From the NCBI GenBank assembly GCA_002840165.1, contig PGZN01000005.1:7478-71477 (forward strand): a DNA stretch of 64,000 nt, given 5' to 3'. The stretch comes from Firmicutes bacterium HGW-Firmicutes-8. Its GTDB lineage: Bacteria > Bacillota > Thermincolia > Thermincolales > UBA2595. The translations under genes were made by a program, and so were the position numbers. The notes beneath the pieces are model-generated. The model saw nothing but the letters and a program-made list of their open reading frames with translations. It searched no databases and was not told where the DNA came from. Positions 1 through 9,644 of the stretch are shown one piece after another. How positions within the stretch are numbered: position 1 is the stretch's first letter; each line of letters starts with the position of its first letter.

Positions 1-470
1 TGAAGCAACAGCCCTGTAATCCAGAGTTGAAACACGAGTTCAACCCATGAGATAACCAGGAGTTGGCGGGCAGCGGTACCGTTTAAGGATAAAAACATCC
101 AGGCTATTGGGGCGAATATAATTAAACCGACGAGGTTGGAACTAATAAACCTCGAGCGGAAACTTGATTTAACGGTGGTAAATGCCGCTGCAAGGTATAT
201 AAAACTGGCCACCCGTAAGGAATAATCCAGGATGTTAACAGTATTTTGGAAAGCCGGGCTGCCTACCAAACGGGAGTTTGCTAAGATTACAGTCATCATG
301 ATAATCTGGGCGAACATAATCCCAAAACCCAGGGCCAGGTATTTGTACATCGCATTTCTATTACGGCGCCATTCTACCACTGCCATCTGGGTCACTATTA
401 AGGCAACCAGAAAAGCCATTATTTGAATTGATAACCGTAATTCGATACTTTCGATACTGGGTAAACCCAA
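1..470 (-). CDS. Polytopic membrane protein, N-terminal part (gene runs off the left edge)
   Basis: The minus-strand frame is open from TTG at 470 (RBS GGGGAGA 9 nt upstream; alternative ATG at 419) to position 1. The translation is hydrophobic (..MAFLVALIVTQMAVVEW..LALGFGIMFAQIIMMTVIL..). It is absent from the ORF track because there is no stop in the window. Confidence 0.5.
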   Translation of the reverse strand, partial: MGLPSIESIELRLSIQIMAFLVALIVTQMAVVEWRRNRNAMYKYLALGFGIMFAQIIMMTVILANSRLVGSPAFQNTVNILDYSLRVASFIYLAAAFTTVKSSFRSRFISSNLVGLIIFAPIAWMFLSLNGTAARQLLVISWVELVFQLWITGLLL

Positions 471-662
471 TCAGCTCATCTCCCCACACTGTTTAAGGGC
501 ATTCATGCTAAAAAGTCAGTATTGCCATAATCTTCTGTATTATTAAGATTCGACACTGTGTCGATTTGTCCTTCAAAATTTGTACTAAAACTGAAAAACA
601 TTTTTAGTCGGAAGAAGATTCACCTTGCAAAATGGGGCCTGATAGTTTATAATACTTTAAGT

Positions 663-739
663 CGGGGCGTAGCTCAGTTTGGTAGAGCGCTACCTTGGGG
701 TGGTAGAGGCCGCATGTTCAAGTCATGTCGCTCCGACCA
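663..739 (+). tRNA. tRNA-Pro (anticodon GGG), CCA encoded
   Basis: Cloverleaf read by hand: acceptor CGGGGCG/CGCTCCG, D arm GCTC/GAGC, anticodon stem CTACC/GGTAG with loop TTGGGGT (GGG, G37), T arm GCATG-TTCAAGT-CATGT, discriminator A plus CCA. Confidence 0.85.
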
Positions 740-846
740 ATAAAGAGTATGGCTACAGTAGGTGGTTGAGCTTCACGGATACCTGGCAGGCTTTAGTGAC
801 GGCCTGGTCCTGAGCAAACTACTACAGGAACATGATACCGACTATA

Positions 847-880
847 AAGAGAGGGGGGGCGAAAGCCTCTCTTTTTATTT
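847..880 (+). terminator. Rho-independent terminator downstream of tRNA-Pro
   Basis: Stem AGAGAGG / CCTCTCT with a G-rich loop, followed by TTTTTATTT. Confidence 0.7.
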
Positions 881-1154
881 CTGCCCGCTTGAATAATATG
901 CCAAATATGGTTTGTATCCAACAGGAAGTTATGGTATGTTCTTGTTAGGTTAGAAAAATGTCTAAAAACCCACTACTTTAGCCGAAGGAGAAATGAATGT
1001 TTTGACAATGTTTACAGAGGGAAAAACGTCTTCAAAGGCTGTATTAATGATATAAGCGAAATTGCCTTTGAGGGAGGCTGAAGGTAAATGTTACATGAAC
1101 AAATAATATGAACGGCCAGGTCCGCCTGGAAATTCCGGAGGAGGGTAAAAATTG

Positions 1155-1328
1155 ATGTACAAAGGTTACAAGATTTATAAAAACAATTTAGGTCGCTGGT
1201 GCGTCCATAATTCGCAAAGTCCTTATGGCAAAGAGTCTGACCACAAGGTATTTGGCACTCAGCAACAATGTAAAGAATATATTAATCAAGTAGTTTTAAC
1301 TCCCCCGGCTCCTGTGCCGGGCCAATGA
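1155..1328 (+). CDS. Small hypothetical protein (57 aa)
   Basis: ATG preceded by GGAGGAGGG about 9 nt upstream. ORF MYKGYKIYKNNLGRWCVHNSQSPYGKESDHKVFGTQQQCKEYINQVVLTPPAPVPGQ. It is below the track length cutoff, and I recognise no family. Confidence 0.35.
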   Translation: MYKGYKIYKNNLGRWCVHNSQSPYGKESDHKVFGTQQQCKEYINQVVLTPPAPVPGQ

Positions 1329-1509
1329 AAGGTTGGTGCAGAAATGGCCGAAATATTTAAATAAAGTTGTAACAGGTCTTTCCAAATTATAGGGAAGGCT
1401 TTTTTCACTTTCAATAGAATTTGTCAAAATGTATCGAAGAAGGAGAAAGGGAGTATGGGTAGAATTAAATAATGTAGGTTTATAGTGGGTTCTAAATGAG
1501 GGGTGTGAA

Positions 1510-2346
1510 ATGGACCAATTAGCTCTTGGAAAACTAATTATGCGGGTTAACGAACTACCGGCGCTACCTCATACAGCGGCCAGGGTTATTATGCTGACAA
1601 GTGATCCAAAGTCTACAACTCACGAGATATCCAGCGCAATCTGCCGGGACCAGGTTATAGCTTCAAAAGTGCTTAAACTGGTTAATTCGGCTTACTATGG
1701 TTTACCTCGAAAAATAGCAGGTGTAACTGAAGCTATTACCATTCTGGGCATAGAGACAATCAGGACTCTCGTTGTAGGGGCGTCGGTTTACCACACCCTT
1801 AGTGACCTACGGTCAAAACGGATGCTCAGTCCCCAAAAAATATGGCGGCATGCCGCCGCCTGTGCTCAATCATGCAAAATACTGGCTGCGGAATACGGGG
1901 TTGACCAGACCGAACATGTTTTTGTGACTGGGCTGCTTCACGATATAGGGAAGATAATACTTAACCATTTCTGGTCAGATGGTTACTCAACTGTAATTGA
2001 AACAGCTGAAATTAAAGGGTGTTCGATTATCAAGGCGGAAATGGAGCTTCTCAATTCGACCCATGCCGAGGTCGGGATGATTATCGCCGAGAAGTGGAAC
2101 CTGCCGTTAATCCTCGTTGAAACAATCGGCTACCATCACGACCCATTACACAACTGCGACAACTCCGACCTCATACAGCTCGTCCACTTGGGTGATATCA
2201 TGGCAGCGATGGCTGGATACAGCGCTTCCGGTAAAGTAGTCTATGACCTTGACCCCGATGTTCTTAAAAAGTGGGACCTCACCGAACTACAGCTGAAAAA
2301 GCTGTCGGTTAAGACAAAAGAAGATATCAGTTTTGAATTTCTGTAA
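1510..2346 (+). CDS. HDOD domain signalling protein
   Basis: HDOD-type N-terminus (LPALPHTAARVIMLTSDP..ISSAICRDQVIASKVLKLVNSAYYGL) and an HD-like LLHDIGK motif. Confidence 0.75.
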   Translation: MDQLALGKLIMRVNELPALPHTAARVIMLTSDPKSTTHEISSAICRDQVIASKVLKLVNSAYYGLPRKIAGVTEAITILGIETIRTLVVGASVYHTLSDLRSKRMLSPQKIWRHAAACAQSCKILAAEYGVDQTEHVFVTGLLHDIGKIILNHFWSDGYSTVIETAEIKGCSIIKAEMELLNSTHAEVGMIIAEKWNLPLILVETIGYHHDPLHNCDNSDLIQLVHLGDIMAAMAGYSASGKVVYDLDPDVLKKWDLTELQLKKLSVKTKEDISFEFL

Positions 2347-2370
2347 ACCGCCGAGTGGCGGTTTTTTATT
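2346..2370 (+). terminator. Rho-independent terminator
   Basis: AACCGCC-GAGT-GGCGGTT followed by a T run. Confidence 0.8.
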
Positions 2371-2454
2371 AATTTAACTATTATTGGAAATAATAAGAAA
2401 CAGTGTGGTGATTTCGATAAATATACAAGCGCTGGGCGAGAGGGTGGCAGAGCG

Positions 2455-4572
2455 GTGTGCTTCGGAAACGGAAAACATAATAAAGGAATATCGTTTCAAT
2501 CCGGCTTGTTCGCATTAATGCTCATACTTTGGACCGTGGTGTGTTTGTCAGGTTCGGCAGCGGCTGCAGCCGAAAGCCCGGAGCATAAGGTTATTGTATT
2601 CATTGTTGACAATATTACTCTGGCAGACCTGCAGTCCAACCAGCTGCCGGTATTTAAAGAAATTATCAATTCAGGTGGTTTTGGGTTAATGAATATCAGG
2701 ACCAAGCCGCTGTTATCGACTAACCGGACGAGCGCTTATCTGACTGTTGGGATGGGAGCGCAGGTACAGGTTCGGGACGAGGATGTAGGAAAAGAATATC
2801 CAAACAATTCCCCCGGCAAAATAGGTGACGCAGCCAGACGGTACGGAAAAAAAATATCGCTGGTAGGTAATGCCGATACAGACAGGCCCCAACGGGAAGC
2901 CGCCTTAATGGCCATGGACAGTCGGGGAAACCTGGGGATGGGAAACACCGGAAGGGATTTACTGGTTCCGGATACCCGGTTTCCCTGGGGATACAGGACG
3001 AACACCGTAAAGCTGCTCGCGGATTCGCTTTCGGCGCTAAAAATGGCAGACATCTTGTTTATTGACTTCGGTGATACGGCCAGAGTTGGGGAAGCTGAGC
3101 GCAGAGCTAAACAAGCTGTTCCGGGATTGGCCCAACTGAGGGCTGAAGCAATGAAAAATGCAGACAATTTTTTAGGGGAATTGCTGGGGAGAACTGACAG
3201 CCAAAATGTAGTCCTGATGATTATCAGCCCTACATCTTTTACGAGGGAAATATCTCATGTTAACAGGAACTTAACCCCCATAATTATTTACGAAAAAGGG
3301 GGACCTGTCGGTGTGTTGACCTCAAACACAACCAGACGTACAGGCCTCGTATCCAATATTGATATAGGTCCCACGATAATCGCCGGAACGGGTTTAAAAC
3401 CGGGCGCAGTGGGTTTTTTAGGTGAACAGATAACGGTTATTCCTGATAAAAATAACTTCCAAACCGTTGTCCGCAATTTATCCGGGTATATAAATTTAAA
3501 GAAATCCCGGTATGCTATCCACAGTATGTATGTGTTTCTACTAATTACGGCCCTGACTGTCATCTATCTGCCCAGATTAAAAGGTGTGAGGTTGATCAAT
3601 GAGAGGGCCGGGCGGGCCTTTGGAGTAATGGTTTTGGCCCTCCCGGCATTTACCTTTTTTGTCCCGGCTGTGATAAGAGACCACTATTATGTGAGTCTCG
3701 TGTTGATAGGCACGGGGACTGTACTTACAGGCATCCTGCTGTCCGGGGATTTGCACCGGGCCCTGGCAGGTATGGCTTGGTTGAGTCTCGCCACATCGTT
3801 TTACATTATCGGCGGTTTGCTGGCTCATTCCATATCGATGCTGAGCACCCCTTTAGGCTTTAATGATATCTTTGCCGGGGGGCGTTACTATGGAATAAAT
3901 AACGACTGCATGGGTATTATGCTGGGCTCTACGATATTTGCGATGTTTTATTTTTTTGAGGAATTTAAATTGAGCAGGCATTTTAAAATTGCCTTAGCGG
4001 CTGTGGTCATGTCATTGATGGTACTGTCCCAGACCCCAGGCTACGGAGCTAAGGTTGGCGGGACTATAGCCGCTATGACCGTGGGGGTGGCAGCAATAAT
4101 GGTCTTATCGAATGAACATCCATTGAAAAAAAAGAACATTATTGTAACTATAATAATAGTTTTTATGATAGAAATTCTCATTGCTTATTTAGATAACGGG
4201 TACGGTCAGCCAACCCATGCCGGAAAAACAATCCGGGTTCTGATTTCGCAGGGGCCTGGAAAAATCTTTGAAGTATTGCAGCAAAAGCTTGGTCTATTTG
4301 GGATTATGCTCGTTCTTCCACCATGGAACATCCTTTTGGGAGCCGAGGTATATATTATTTATGCTGTCCAAAAGCGTTTTAACAGGGTATTAAAGGAAAT
4401 CAGGCGAAAATTTACCGTTTTATCAGGCTCTTTTGAGGTTATTCTGTACGGGGGCCTTGTAGCCTTTGGTTTTAACGATACCGGTGTGATTGCAACAGCT
4501 CTGATGTTTACATATTTGACTATACCTGCCGGTGTTTTGATGTTAAATCAGGTGAATACAGACCAAGGTTAA
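2455..4572 (+). CDS. Large membrane protein: signal anchor, soluble ectodomain, polytopic C-terminal half (paralog of 9645..11915)
   Basis: 705-aa ORF. It shares KVIVFIVDNITLADL.., GGRYYGINNDCMGIMLG and GAKVGGTIAAM blocks with the 756-aa paralog. The family is unassigned; an alkaline-phosphatase-like ectodomain is only a guess. Confidence 0.7.
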   Translation: MCFGNGKHNKGISFQSGLFALMLILWTVVCLSGSAAAAAESPEHKVIVFIVDNITLADLQSNQLPVFKEIINSGGFGLMNIRTKPLLSTNRTSAYLTVGMGAQVQVRDEDVGKEYPNNSPGKIGDAARRYGKKISLVGNADTDRPQREAALMAMDSRGNLGMGNTGRDLLVPDTRFPWGYRTNTVKLLADSLSALKMADILFIDFGDTARVGEAERRAKQAVPGLAQLRAEAMKNADNFLGELLGRTDSQNVVLMIISPTSFTREISHVNRNLTPIIIYEKGGPVGVLTSNTTRRTGLVSNIDIGPTIIAGTGLKPGAVGFLGEQITVIPDKNNFQTVVRNLSGYINLKKSRYAIHSMYVFLLITALTVIYLPRLKGVRLINERAGRAFGVMVLALPAFTFFVPAVIRDHYYVSLVLIGTGTVLTGILLSGDLHRALAGMAWLSLATSFYIIGGLLAHSISMLSTPLGFNDIFAGGRYYGINNDCMGIMLGSTIFAMFYFFEEFKLSRHFKIALAAVVMSLMVLSQTPGYGAKVGGTIAAMTVGVAAIMVLSNEHPLKKKNIIVTIIIVFMIEILIAYLDNGYGQPTHAGKTIRVLISQGPGKIFEVLQQKLGLFGIMLVLPPWNILLGAEVYIIYAVQKRFNRVLKEIRRKFTVLSGSFEVILYGGLVAFGFNDTGVIATALMFTYLTIPAGVLMLNQVNTDQG

Positions 4573-4615
4573 CACACAGAATATAAGAGAGATTTTAGTT
4601 TAAGGAGATGAGGCT

Positions 4616-5593
4616 TTGGGCAATAAATCTCTCTTATCAAAGCTGCAAATGTTGATCATGGCTGCCTGTATAACTGCAGTCACAGGCTTGTTCATCATCA
4701 GTCCGGCGTGCCTGGCTGCAGCTCAGGAATGGCAGGGTCCCACCTGCTGCCCGGGTGAAATTTATCCGCAGGACTTCCAGGTGACAAAGCCGTATATGCA
4801 TGATGAAGAAATATCGGAACTGCAGGTGGCCCTTAAGCAGCTTGGATTCTACAAGGGAAAAATTAACGGGGATTTTGACCCGGCGACGGAAACGGCGGTT
4901 AAAGAGTTTCAGCAAACCTATAAGTTGACCTGTGACGGAATAGTCGGCATGGAAACGAGGGAAAAGCTGACCCATCTTTTTGAAAAAAGCATCACCCATA
5001 CATCCACACCAGTTTCTCCCAAGGGGATTATAGAAATTGTAATTGATGTTGATAAAAAAACACTGACTGTAAATGAAAACGATAAGAGGTTTAAGGAATA
5101 CTACGTCGCTGTGGGCAAAGAAAAGACACCTACACCGATAGGGGAATGGAAGATATCCCGGAAAGCCAGGAACTGGGGGACGGGATTTGGGACAAGGTGG
5201 ATGGAACTGAGTGTGCCCTGGGGCATATATGGGATACACGGTACTAACAAGCCGTGGTCTATTGGTACACAAGCCAGTGGAGGATGTATCAGAATGTTTA
5301 ACTGGGATGTTGAAGAACTGTACCAATGGGTTAAGGTTGGTACTACGGTCAGAATAGTTGGCGAACTGTACCCACCCTTGTATGAAGACAGAGACAAGGT
5401 GTTTAAAGGTTGTAATGGTGCAGTGGTAATGCTGATTCAGCAGGGTCTAAGAGCAGAAGGTTACCTGGACCAGCCACCTGACGGGGTATTTGGGCAGGCC
5501 ACCGAGAATGCTCTGAAGAAGCTGCAGAAGGGTCGCAAATTTGAGGTGACAGGCCAGGTTGATATTGATATTTGGCCGGTATTAGGTTTATAA
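4616..5593 (+). CDS. L,D-transpeptidase (YkuD domain) with two peptidoglycan-binding domains
   Basis: YGIHGTN..GGCIRM catalytic motif, with PG_binding_1-like repeats (LQVALKQLGFYKGKINGDFD.., LIQQGLRAEGYLDQPPDGVFG..). Confidence 0.85.
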   Translation: MGNKSLLSKLQMLIMAACITAVTGLFIISPACLAAAQEWQGPTCCPGEIYPQDFQVTKPYMHDEEISELQVALKQLGFYKGKINGDFDPATETAVKEFQQTYKLTCDGIVGMETREKLTHLFEKSITHTSTPVSPKGIIEIVIDVDKKTLTVNENDKRFKEYYVAVGKEKTPTPIGEWKISRKARNWGTGFGTRWMELSVPWGIYGIHGTNKPWSIGTQASGGCIRMFNWDVEELYQWVKVGTTVRIVGELYPPLYEDRDKVFKGCNGAVVMLIQQGLRAEGYLDQPPDGVFGQATENALKKLQKGRKFEVTGQVDIDIWPVLGL

Positions 5594-5720
5594 GAAGGTG
5601 AACCGGAAAAACCGTCGAATTAAAATATTAATTTAGAGGGGCGCTGGTTGACCCAAAGCTCAAAAGGGTTACAATTTTGCAACCCTGTCTGAGTTGCTGC
5701 CAAACGAGGGGGGAGAGTAA

Positions 5721-6677
5721 ATGATTAAAACATATCAGTTTCAACCTGATACAGGGTTGATTATAACCGCTTCCCCCAAAAAAACAGCGCAGCCGGGCGG
5801 TCTTACCTGGACAGATATTGAAAAGCCGGATAACCAGGAAACCAATGTCCTGCGGGAAGTGTTTGATTTTCACCCCCTGGCAGTGGAAGACTGTATTAAC
5901 ATGAGACAAAGGGCCAAGCTTGACGATTATAAGGATTACTTCTTTGTTGTTTTACACTGGGCGGCTGACCACAGTACCGGCAGCCGGATAGAAGTACGGG
6001 AGTTAGGTATCTTTGTCGGTCATAATTATATTGTCACTTTTCACAGGGATGAGATTGGGCCGGTTTCCTCTGTCCGCGACAGGATCGAAAAAACCCCGGA
6101 GCTTTTGTCCAGAGGGATTGATTACATCCTTTACCTGATAATCGATGCGGTGATAGATGATTATTTCCCGATTCTCGACCGTGTTGATGATGATTTTTCA
6201 TCTGTCGAGTCCCAGCTGCTGGGCAGTCCGGGAACAGCGGACTTTAACGACCTGTTCAAACTTAGAAGGGCACTTGTGGATATACGCAAGATACTGAGCC
6301 CTCATCGTGAAATGATCAATGCCCTGATCAGGCATGAAGGTCTACTTATCAAAGAAGAAAACAGGGTTTTTTACCTTGACGTATATGACCACCTGATGAG
6401 GATTTTCGATTTTCTTGATACATACAGGGATTTAATCAGTGGTTCGCAGGAGATCTATCTCACGGCAGTTTCAAACAAGATGAATGAAGTCATGAAAACC
6501 CTTACGGTAATTGCTACAATAGTACTGCCGCTGACCCTTATCTCAAGTATTTATGGCATGAACTTCCGGTTTATGCCGGAACTGGGTTGGCGGTACGGCT
6601 ACTTCTGGGCCTTGGGGCTCATGTTAGTTACGGCAGGGGGGTTGGTATACTATTTTTGGAGGAAAAAATGGTTTTAA
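5721..6677 (+). CDS. corA: CorA-family magnesium/cobalt transporter
   Basis: YGMNF signature ahead of two C-terminal TM helices, and typical length of 318 aa. Confidence 0.9.
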   Translation: MIKTYQFQPDTGLIITASPKKTAQPGGLTWTDIEKPDNQETNVLREVFDFHPLAVEDCINMRQRAKLDDYKDYFFVVLHWAADHSTGSRIEVRELGIFVGHNYIVTFHRDEIGPVSSVRDRIEKTPELLSRGIDYILYLIIDAVIDDYFPILDRVDDDFSSVESQLLGSPGTADFNDLFKLRRALVDIRKILSPHREMINALIRHEGLLIKEENRVFYLDVYDHLMRIFDFLDTYRDLISGSQEIYLTAVSNKMNEVMKTLTVIATIVLPLTLISSIYGMNFRFMPELGWRYGYFWALGLMLVTAGGLVYYFWRKKWF

Positions 6678-6708
6678 AAACAAAATAAAATGAAAGGGGA
6701 ATCATTTT

Positions 6709-7983
6709 TTGGCGGGGAATCAAAAAGAAAAAATACACGATGACATAGTTGAGCGCACGATATACAATTATGAACAATACATAAACCCCTCATTGACACG
6801 GGTCTTTAAGCTTATGGGGCTGCCCCTGGAGGTGTCGGCTGAAGGGTGCTACATATATGACAACGACGGCAGACGATATCTCGACTGCCTCGGTGGATAC
6901 GGGACCTACAGCTTGGGGCATCGTCACCCTAAAGTAGTTGACGCAGTCAAAAAACAACTTGATAAAATGCCGATGAGTTCGAGGATATTGTTTAATGAGA
7001 CTGTCGGCAGTCTGGCTGCAAAGCTGGCCCGTATTACGCCAGGGGACTTGAAATACAGCTTTTTCTGTCACAGTGGTACCGAGGCTGTTGAAGGAGCGTT
7101 AAAACTGGCCCGCCTGTGTAAACAAAAACCGGGCATAATTTCAACATTTAATTCCTTTCATGGAAAAACCCTCGGCAGTCTCAGCGCTACGGGCCGGGAC
7201 ATTTTCCGCGGACCCTGTGAGCCGCTCCTGCCCCATTTTAAACACGTCCCATTTGATGATCCGGATAGTATCGAAGATGCGATAGATGAAAATACAGCAG
7301 CAGTCATTATTGAGCCGATCCAGGGCGAAGGAGGCATCATAGTGCCCCGGGATGATTATCTTCCTAAAGTGCGGGAGATATGCAGCAGAAGGGGTGTCCT
7401 GTTGATTGCGGATGAGGTTCAGACCGGCCTCGGCCGGACCGGCCGGATGTTTGCTGTTGAACACTGGGGTATCAGCCCTGATATCATGTGTATCGCCAAA
7501 GCGTTAGGCGGCGGTGTTATGCCGATGGGGGCTTTTATTGCTATACCGGAAGTCTGGGATGTATTTATTGCGAGTCCTTATATACATACCAGCACCCTCG
7601 GAGGGAACCCACTGGCTGCATCAGCTGCCCTGGCCTGCCTGGAAGTGCTCGAAGAACAGGAGTTGGCCCGGCAGGCGGCAGAAAAAGGAGAACTCCTGTT
7701 AAACGGCCTGAATGATATGGCTGCACAATTTCCAGGGGTTGTTTCCGAGATACGGGGAAAGGGTTTGATGATTGGTATCGAATTATGCCGGGAAGGATTT
7801 GGCGGTTTTGTGCTGTCTGAGCTGATTCAGGACGGAATACTGGCTGCATTCACCTTTAATAACCAAAAAGTCATCAGACTGGAACCACCGCTCATCATAA
7901 CCCTTGAACAGGTAGAAGAAGTGGTTGCCTCAATGAAAAATGCTATTAGTAAAGCAAATGAAATGGTGGATGAAATAGAATAA
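6709..7983 (+). CDS. Class-III PLP-dependent aminotransferase (acetylornithine/putrescine aminotransferase-like)
   Basis: [13 protein letters not shown]-like block, [11 protein letters not shown], and PLP-lysine context [12 protein letters not shown]. Confidence 0.8.
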   Translation: MAGNQKEKIHDDIVERTIYNYEQYINPSLTRVFKLMGLPLEVSAEGCYIYDNDGRRYLDCLGGYGTYSLGHRHPKVVDAVKKQLDKMPMSSRILFNETVGSLAAKLARITPGDLKYSFFCHSGTEAVEGALKLARLCKQKPGIISTFNSFHGKTLGSLSATGRDIFRGPCEPLLPHFKHVPFDDPDSIEDAIDENTAAVIIEPIQGEGGIIVPRDDYLPKVREICSRRGVLLIADEVQTGLGRTGRMFAVEHWGISPDIMCIAKALGGGVMPMGAFIAIPEVWDVFIASPYIHTSTLGGNPLAASAALACLEVLEEQELARQAAEKGELLLNGLNDMAAQFPGVVSEIRGKGLMIGIELCREGFGGFVLSELIQDGILAAFTFNNQKVIRLEPPLIITLEQVEEVVASMKNAISKANEMVDEIE

Positions 7984-8032
7984 ATGGTGAATGAACCGGA
8001 ATAGATGGTGGATGAAACAGAATAGGAGGATT

Positions 8033-8476
8033 ATGATGCCTTATATAGAACTTACGGCATTTGCCCGCGGTGAAGCAGGCAGAGCATATGAAATGGCCAA
8101 GAAAATGGAGGAATATCCGAAATTCATGGAAAACCTCGAAAGTGTAAAAGTGATTGAACAAGGCCCGGGCTATACGATTACCGACTGGGTGGCCAAAGTC
8201 GATGGGAACGATTTCAAGTGGCAGGAAAAGGATGTTTTTGATGATGAAAACATGACTATTACATATAAACAGACAGCGGGAGACCTCAAAAAATTCGAAG
8301 GACAGTGGAGGTTTACAAAGGAACCCGAAGGGACAAGAATCACCCTCACCGTCGACTTTGAAATGGGTATCCCGGTACTGGCCGTCATGCTGAATCCAAT
8401 CTTAAAAAAGAAGGTCAAAAGCAACAGTGAGGCGATGCTGGAGGGCATCAAAAAACAGGTTGAAAAGAACAGGTGA
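8033..8476 (+). CDS. SRPBCC (cyclase/dehydrase, RatA-like) family protein
   Basis: About 147 aa with polyketide_cyc2-like features. AGGAGG precedes ATG 8033/8036; the track ORF starts earlier at 7991. Confidence 0.6.
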   Translation: MMPYIELTAFARGEAGRAYEMAKKMEEYPKFMENLESVKVIEQGPGYTITDWVAKVDGNDFKWQEKDVFDDENMTITYKQTAGDLKKFEGQWRFTKEPEGTRITLTVDFEMGIPVLAVMLNPILKKKVKSNSEAMLEGIKKQVEKNR

Positions 8477-8489
8477 TACCGGAGGATAT

Positions 8490-9641
8490 ATGGCTCCAAA
8501 AAAAATACTTCATGTAATCAGGCCTGCCGAAGGTGGGATGAAAGACCATCTGGTAACCCTCAGCGGCGGCCTGCGGGAAAAAGGATATCAGGTTGAAGTG
8601 GCCTGCCCGCCAAATTCTGTCCTGGCCTCGGAAATAGAAAAACTGGGCTTGGCAGTGCGTCCCATTAATCTGGTTGGGCCTTTAAGCCCCGGGAATGACT
8701 GGGTTTGCCTGAATCAGCTGCAGGCCATGATGCGCAGCGGTCGGTATGACATAGTCCATTTCCATGGCTCCAAGGCGGGACTGGTGGGAAGGACTGCGGC
8801 AGTTCTGGCCCGGTGTAAAAAAACAGTCCAGACAGTACATAATTTTGTGGTTTATGAGGAGGTCCCGGCAGCCAGGAAAATACTATACAGGTCCGGGGAA
8901 AATTTGTTAAGTCGCGTAACCTCCAAGATAATCACAGTTTCAGAGGCATTAAAAGAGGACCTCGTCAAACATTATAAGATAAAACCGGAAAAGATAAAGG
9001 TCATTTATAACGGAATTGAGCCTCCCGGTCCGGAGAGTTTTGATAAAACAGGCTGCCGGGCCCGGTTCGGAATCCAGCCGGGGACAGTCGTAATCGGCAC
9101 AATAGCGCGAATGGCCCCTCAGAAAGGGCTGAACTATTTGATTGAAGCTGTTCCTCTAATAGAGGCAGCCTTAATGCAGAGTGAGGAACCTGTCGACATC
9201 AGCTTTATCATAGCCGGGGATGGGCCTTTGCGGCCCGGCCTGGAGGAACTGGCCGGGAAGCTGGGAGTAACTGACAAGGTCCTGTTTCCCGGTTTCATTG
9301 ATAATATCTGGGAAACACTGTCCTGTTTCGATATTTTTGTCACTCCATCGATAGCAGAAGGTCTGTCAATAACTACAATTCAAGCGATGGCGGCGGGTCT
9401 GCCGGTCGCCGCATCCCGCGCAGGGGGGCTGCCTGAGGTCGTCAAGGAAGGTGTCACCGGATTCTTGGTTCGGCCGAGAGGCTCGGTGGAATTGGCTCAG
9501 GCCGTTGTCCGGCTTGTTACAGACCGGGAGACCAGACAGCAGTTTGGTTCAAACGGGAGAAGTTTTGCGGTCGAGCGATTCAGCAACATCCAAATGATAA
9601 ACGAAACTGCCGGAATTTATGAGCAGATACTGGGGTTGTGA
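8490..9641 (+). CDS. Glycosyltransferase, GT4/GT1 family
   Basis: N-terminus KILHVIRPAEGGM and a C-terminal EX7E-type region (PSIAEGLSITTIQAMAAGLPV). RBS GGAGGA lies before ATG 8490. Confidence 0.8.
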   Translation: MAPKKILHVIRPAEGGMKDHLVTLSGGLREKGYQVEVACPPNSVLASEIEKLGLAVRPINLVGPLSPGNDWVCLNQLQAMMRSGRYDIVHFHGSKAGLVGRTAAVLARCKKTVQTVHNFVVYEEVPAARKILYRSGENLLSRVTSKIITVSEALKEDLVKHYKIKPEKIKVIYNGIEPPGPESFDKTGCRARFGIQPGTVVIGTIARMAPQKGLNYLIEAVPLIEAALMQSEEPVDISFIIAGDGPLRPGLEELAGKLGVTDKVLFPGFIDNIWETLSCFDIFVTPSIAEGLSITTIQAMAAGLPVAASRAGGLPEVVKEGVTGFLVRPRGSVELAQAVVRLVTDRETRQQFGSNGRSFAVERFSNIQMINETAGIYEQILGL

Positions 9642-9644
9642 ATA

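Noticed and set aside
232-426. Track ORF 232..426 (+).
   Set aside because: It lies antisense to a longer open, hydrophobic minus-strand frame with a good RBS, and its composition looks like an antisense artefact.
4637-5326. Long antisense or alternative-frame ORFs inside well-supported genes. Examples: 4637..5326, 13682..14230, 36189..36572, 47333..47791, 48120..48746, 49207..49671, 50374..51231, 51522..51998.
   Set aside because: Each is fully embedded opposite or out of frame to a CDS with clear family motifs. They lack RBS context and have biased, low-complexity translations.
5594-5720. M-box (Mg2+) riboswitch upstream of corA.
   Set aside because: The leader is only about 127 nt. It lacks the GGUGAGGCU-type core I expect. 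Only a 9-bp hairpin (GGGTTACAA/TTGCAACCC) is visible, which is insufficient evidence.
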